Of a stretch of 64,000 nucleotides of DNA, positions 59,684 through 64,000 are shown piece after piece. Source of the DNA: a virus; IMG/VR virus record IMGVR_UViG_3300045988_080644, one strand, 5' to 3'. Numbering within the stretch: position 1 is the stretch's first letter; every line of letters starts with the position of its first letter. The translations under genes were made by a program, and so were the position numbers. The notes beneath the pieces were generated by a model, which was not told the origin of the DNA, made no database searches, and saw nothing but the letters and a program-made list of their open reading frames with translations.

Positions 59684-62600
59684 AATGTATTTATAGTTAT
59701 AAAGGAAAACAGTTTTAGTCCATACAATAGTTAGATGATTTTCTATTAGAAAAACAAATATATGAAAGTAAATATGGAGATTTAGTATTCTCTATGACTG
59801 AAAAATAGTTGTCTGCTTAGAATAGAATTGATAGCATCAATAAAGAAGCAGAGGAACTAAATAAAAAATATGCTGAAGCTAAGAAAAACGCGTCATTTAT
59901 AGACTCAGAAGAAATATTAAAAATGACTCGTCCTTATGTAGGTGTAAGTGAGTTTTTAATGGATTAGAGAAATGATGAAGGAGAACTTTGGGTGCCTACA
60001 TTTACTACTGAGTATTGGGCTAAACAATACTTAAATTGGAGTTAGGGAATTTACTCAAAGGACGAAAAAGATGCATTTTTTGATGGTGATGATTCTAAAG
60101 TATAGCCTGTAGAATTAGGAAATCAGGGGGATTGGCGTAAGGCGGATGGCTCTCTAAAGGATGATTTTGGAACTATTGAATAGAATAACTTCCGTAAAAT
60201 AATGGAAGATAAGTGGAAACACTAGGCTAAGTATGGTGATGATATTCATGCCATTATGCAGAGTTATTTTGCTAGAATAGGCGAAGATTCTGATGGAAAT
60301 CCTAAGTATCGATATGAATTATGGGAAGGAGATCAAGGAGCTATGCATTTAGCTAAGAGTATTAAATATATGCGTAATAAAGGAATTATTACTGATGAAA
60401 TGACTGATGCTAAAATTAATAGTATATTAGAAATAGCTAGAAATTTAAGAGATTAGTTATAGAGTTAGTATGGCAAAAAATGTATATTTTATCCTGAAAT
60501 TACTGTTAGTGCCAAATTGAATCATGAATATGAAGGTAGAGACGATTTAAGTGTATTAGGTCGTCTAGACTTATTAGTTATTGATGAAGATGGTATTCCT
60601 CATATTATGGATTACAAAACTTCTCCTAAAAATTACGATGACTTTGTCGAAGCTAAGAAACTCACATTTACTTACTAGTTAAGTACCTATGAAAGAATGC
60701 TTAGGAGACATGGTTTTAATACTACAGCCACAAGCTTAAATATTATACCACTTAAACTAAATAACTTTAGAAAAGAAAATGGTAAATGGACTTACGATGA
60801 TGTAGTACCTGGTGGTAATTTACTAGAATCAATAACTGATAGAGCCAATAAAGATTACATAGCTAATAATCTTGATGAATACATAGAAGCTCCATTATTA
60901 TTAGATGGGGATTCTAGTAAGATTACAGAGAATGTAACTGATTTAATGAAAACTTGTTTTCCTGAACATGGTAATGTAGCCACTGATGAATAGATAAAAA
61001 AGATGATTGATGGCTAGGGAGGTTTCCATGAAAATAAGGAAGCGGGTTCTTTGGAGTTTAAGCCCAAGGGATGGACTAAGACTATATCGGTAAAGTAGAA
61101 GGAAGGGGCAGAAGCTGAATTATTTAATAAGGTTAAGAAATTCTTTACAGGCTAGAGAGAACGTAGTTTAAAGAGAACTTAGGAAATTAAGAGAGCACTT
61201 AAACAAGCACAAGCTGAAGACACTAGATAGATTTAGTTACCTAATTCTATGAGTGATTGGACTAAAACAAGGCTATCTAAATATTGTAGTAAATCTTGGG
61301 AAGTAATGGAAGGTCATGCACAAGATGTTGCTGAGCAATTTGGTATGATATTTTTATATAACAAAGCTAATGATTTAGTAGAGGTAGTTAAAATTAGTTC
61401 TGCAGATTTATCTTTTTAGCATTCTTGGGGAAAAGGTAGATAGAATATTATTGGGGCAAAGGAAGCTGATTTGGGAGAAAATTCCAAGTCAGACAGTTTG
61501 ATTATTAAAGCTACTAATGGTAACATAGAGCTTATGGAAGCCATGGCAGTTTTAAATAATATTCAGTTTAATAAGTTTATTTAGTTAGGAAACATAAGTG
61601 TTCTTAATCCGGTATTTGGTTAGGGAGCTGAAACTAATTCTAATAAAGAGCTGCTTTATAACTGGAGAAAACTTAGAAAAACCTTTAACATGGATGGGGA
61701 AGATTAGTTTAAATAGGATGGTACTATTAAATTATTGTCTTTAGCTGAAAGAGCCTATCTGGAGTATGCTGATATAATGGATAGAGTTAATGACAGGTGG
61801 CAAGCTCAAGAATTTAGTAAGTTTAAACCTGCTATGACTGAGTTACAAAGTTCCTTACAACCTAATAATGTAGAAGAAAGTCTTGAAGCTCTTAATTAGC
61901 TTAAAACCAAATTGGAGAAAGACTTTGGAATGAATAAGGATATTTTAACCAGGGGAGAAAATAAGGGTAAAAGTATATATTCTGAAGTATAGAATTATGA
62001 CTAGCAATATACTAAGTAGATGTACCAAATAACTCTTAGAGCCATTGCTGAACTTAGCGGTTTTGATATTAGACAGGAAACAAAAGCACACAGTTCTTTC
62101 TTAGATAGTTTAAATATCTTAGAAAATGGTATGTCTGGAAATATGATAGATAACCCAGGTAACTTTGGTAATAGACTTCTTAATTAGGTAACTTAGTTAG
62201 CTCTTGATGGTTATTAGAATACTCGAGATATGTCAATTAAAAGACTTAATGCACTATCTGAAAAAGTACGAGAGCTAAAAAGAGGTGAAAACTATGGGGT
62301 TATTAGTGAGTATGGATTTGGTAATTAGGCTTCTCTCTATAATGGTATGACTTATTATGATACTGATGGTGACTTTAAATTTAAAAATCCTTGGAAAGAT
62401 AATTCCCTACCTGAACATAAAAAAGAGTTTTTAAAATGGGCATTAACCGAAATAGCTAAAAATAAACATCCTGATTGGACTCCCGAAGTTATTAAAGATA
62501 AAATAGAAGCAAATGATCCAGATTTCTTTTAGGTTCCTTTAATAAGGGCTGATGCCGCATCTAAAATTAATGCAGACGGATGGTTAGGTTGGTTAAAAAG

Positions 62601-64000
62601 TAAAATGAGACCTTTAATTAGCAAAGATAATGGAGCAACTTTTAAAGAGAGAATTCAAAATACTTTAAAAGATATACAATCTAAATATTTATCTGATGAA
62701 ATAGATTAGTAGCAAAGTATTGACGGTGAAGTATTTAAAGTAATAAATACTATGGATTAGGGAAGTGGTCCTGGCAGATTAGACTTAATTAAACATCTAC
62801 AAGGAAAATACGGATCTAATTGTTTTGAAACGGATATAGAAAAAATATTAGGTGCTCATATGATGGCATATGCTACTCAACAAGCCATGGAAGATAGAAT
62901 GCCTTTAATTAAAGCAGCTTATATATCCTTAGCAGTAATGGGTAATAACTAGGGGGTAGACTATTCTTCTGATGAGAAATATATTAAAGAATATGTTCAA
63001 AATAAAATAAATAAATTAGCAATAGATAATCCTTAGTTAAGACATTTAAGGAGTGCCACTGGAATGTTACAAAAAAGTGCTTCTTGGATGGCATTAGCTT
63101 TTTCACCTTTACAAATGTCTTATTAGAGTCTGGAAGGTGTTTGGAAGGCTGCTAAATTAGTTATAACTAAACCAGATGGTAAAGAAACATTTAGTTTTTC
63201 TAATATGCGTAAGGCTATGGGTATTGTATATAAAGAATTGTTTAATTATAGTGAAACAAATTCTGTAATAGAGGGTTGTAACGCTCTTTATGGTATAAAC
63301 GATATGGATGCTGCCTCATTTGCTCAAAACAATAGTACTAATAAGCATGGTCTGTTTAATTTCTTTGACAGAATTGCATATTATTGGTCTTCTCGTCCCG
63401 ATTTCTATAATAGAATGTCAATATTCACAGCATAGATGCTTGAAGATGGTAGTTATGAAGCTCATTCAGTAGATGCCAATGGTAACTTAATATACAATAT
63501 TAAAAAGGATAAGAGATTTGAAGCATTATTTAATAAACCAAAGGGTTCTCCTGAATATAATAAAGCAAAAGCCTTATTCTTAGCCACTGCTTAGTAGTTA
63601 GTGAGGGAAAACGCTAGAAATGCCGATGGTTCATTATACACCATAGATTTAGATAATCCAAATTTACCTAAAGCCTACTCTAATAAAGAGTCTGAATCTA
63701 TGAAAGCTATTGGGGATACCATGTATGGATATTACGATAGTTCTAAGAAATCATTATGGCAATCTACATTCTTAGGAGGCCTTATGATGCAAATGCAAAC
63801 ATATTGGTCTGGTAAAAAGAATTAGTATCTTGCTCCTGGAGGTATTAAAGCACAGGGTAAATGGGTCTAGATGGTAAGTCCTAATGGTAAAAAGTGCTAT
63901 TATTCTAAAAATGAAAATGGAGATATTGATAACTCCTCAATGCCTATAGAAGAGGGAGATCCTAGAGCTAGTGAAGTACCCTTTATGCAATGGAAGGGTA
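59680..64000 (+). CDS. giant virion protein (>1440 aa, 3' end outside window) with N-terminal PD-(D/E)XK RecB-family nuclease domain
   Basis: ATGA-coupled ATG 59680. Track fragments 60256, 60697, 62347, 63205 and 63601 share frame 1. I read 60994-62346 and found only TAG in frame. GRLDLLVIDEDGIPHIMDYKTS (60559-60624) is followed by TY-Q-LSTY (QxxxY), whose Q is TAG 60676-60678. Confidence 0.7.

Noticed and set aside
1-64000. The in-frame stops might reflect pseudogenisation, assembly errors or a non-coding region.
   Set aside because: The interruptions are exclusively TAG over tens of kilobases. They fall on conserved Gln positions, and the frames end cleanly at TAA/TGA next to the following start. 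Decay or errors would produce all three stops and frameshifts.
1-64000. CRISPR arrays, integrase/att sites, toxin-antitoxin or other defence or anti-defence cassettes.
   Set aside because: I saw no regularly spaced direct repeats, recombinase motifs or small two-gene cassettes outside the structural and cargo operons. The only repeats are short intergenic motifs and intragenic peptide repeats.

Overview
This is an AT-rich 64-kb segment (roughly one-third GC by eye) with every credible gene on the + strand. It reads as the late module of a large tailed phage with crAss-like (Crassvirales-type) architecture. In order it holds fibres, an endolysin, scaffold, capsid, giant tail proteins, and then a block of giant virion-cargo proteins that includes a two-barrel RNA polymerase.

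The supplied standard-code ORF track is fragmented because TAG is a sense codon here. Joining same-frame fragments across in-frame TAGs gives about 40 tightly packed genes, often with overlapping stop and start codons. In every stretch I read codon by codon, TAA and TGA never interrupt a frame. The resulting ORFs include ones of 1358, 2185, 1462, 3081, 3460 and >1440 codons.

TAG sits at conserved glutamine positions: SQH of an M15 peptidase, AQW of a tail lysozyme, and QxxxY of a RecB-type nuclease. It also alternates with CAA/CAG in a Gln/Ala tail. The code is therefore TAG->Gln (translation table 15), with TAA and TGA still stops.

Two genes are interrupted. One carries a well-supported ORF-less group I intron (2946-3282), where P1, P10, P4, P7 and the terminal G are all identifiable. 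The other is probably split by an intron-like element carrying a decayed GIY-YIG homing-endonuclease ORF (11.8-12.3 kb).

I saw no rRNA, no tRNA (so no suppressor tRNA), no CRISPR array, no integrase, and no portal or terminase in this window.

Product names rest on motifs recognised by eye, not on database searches. Gene ends are codon-exact where I read them, but the longest ORFs were only partly read between track fragments.
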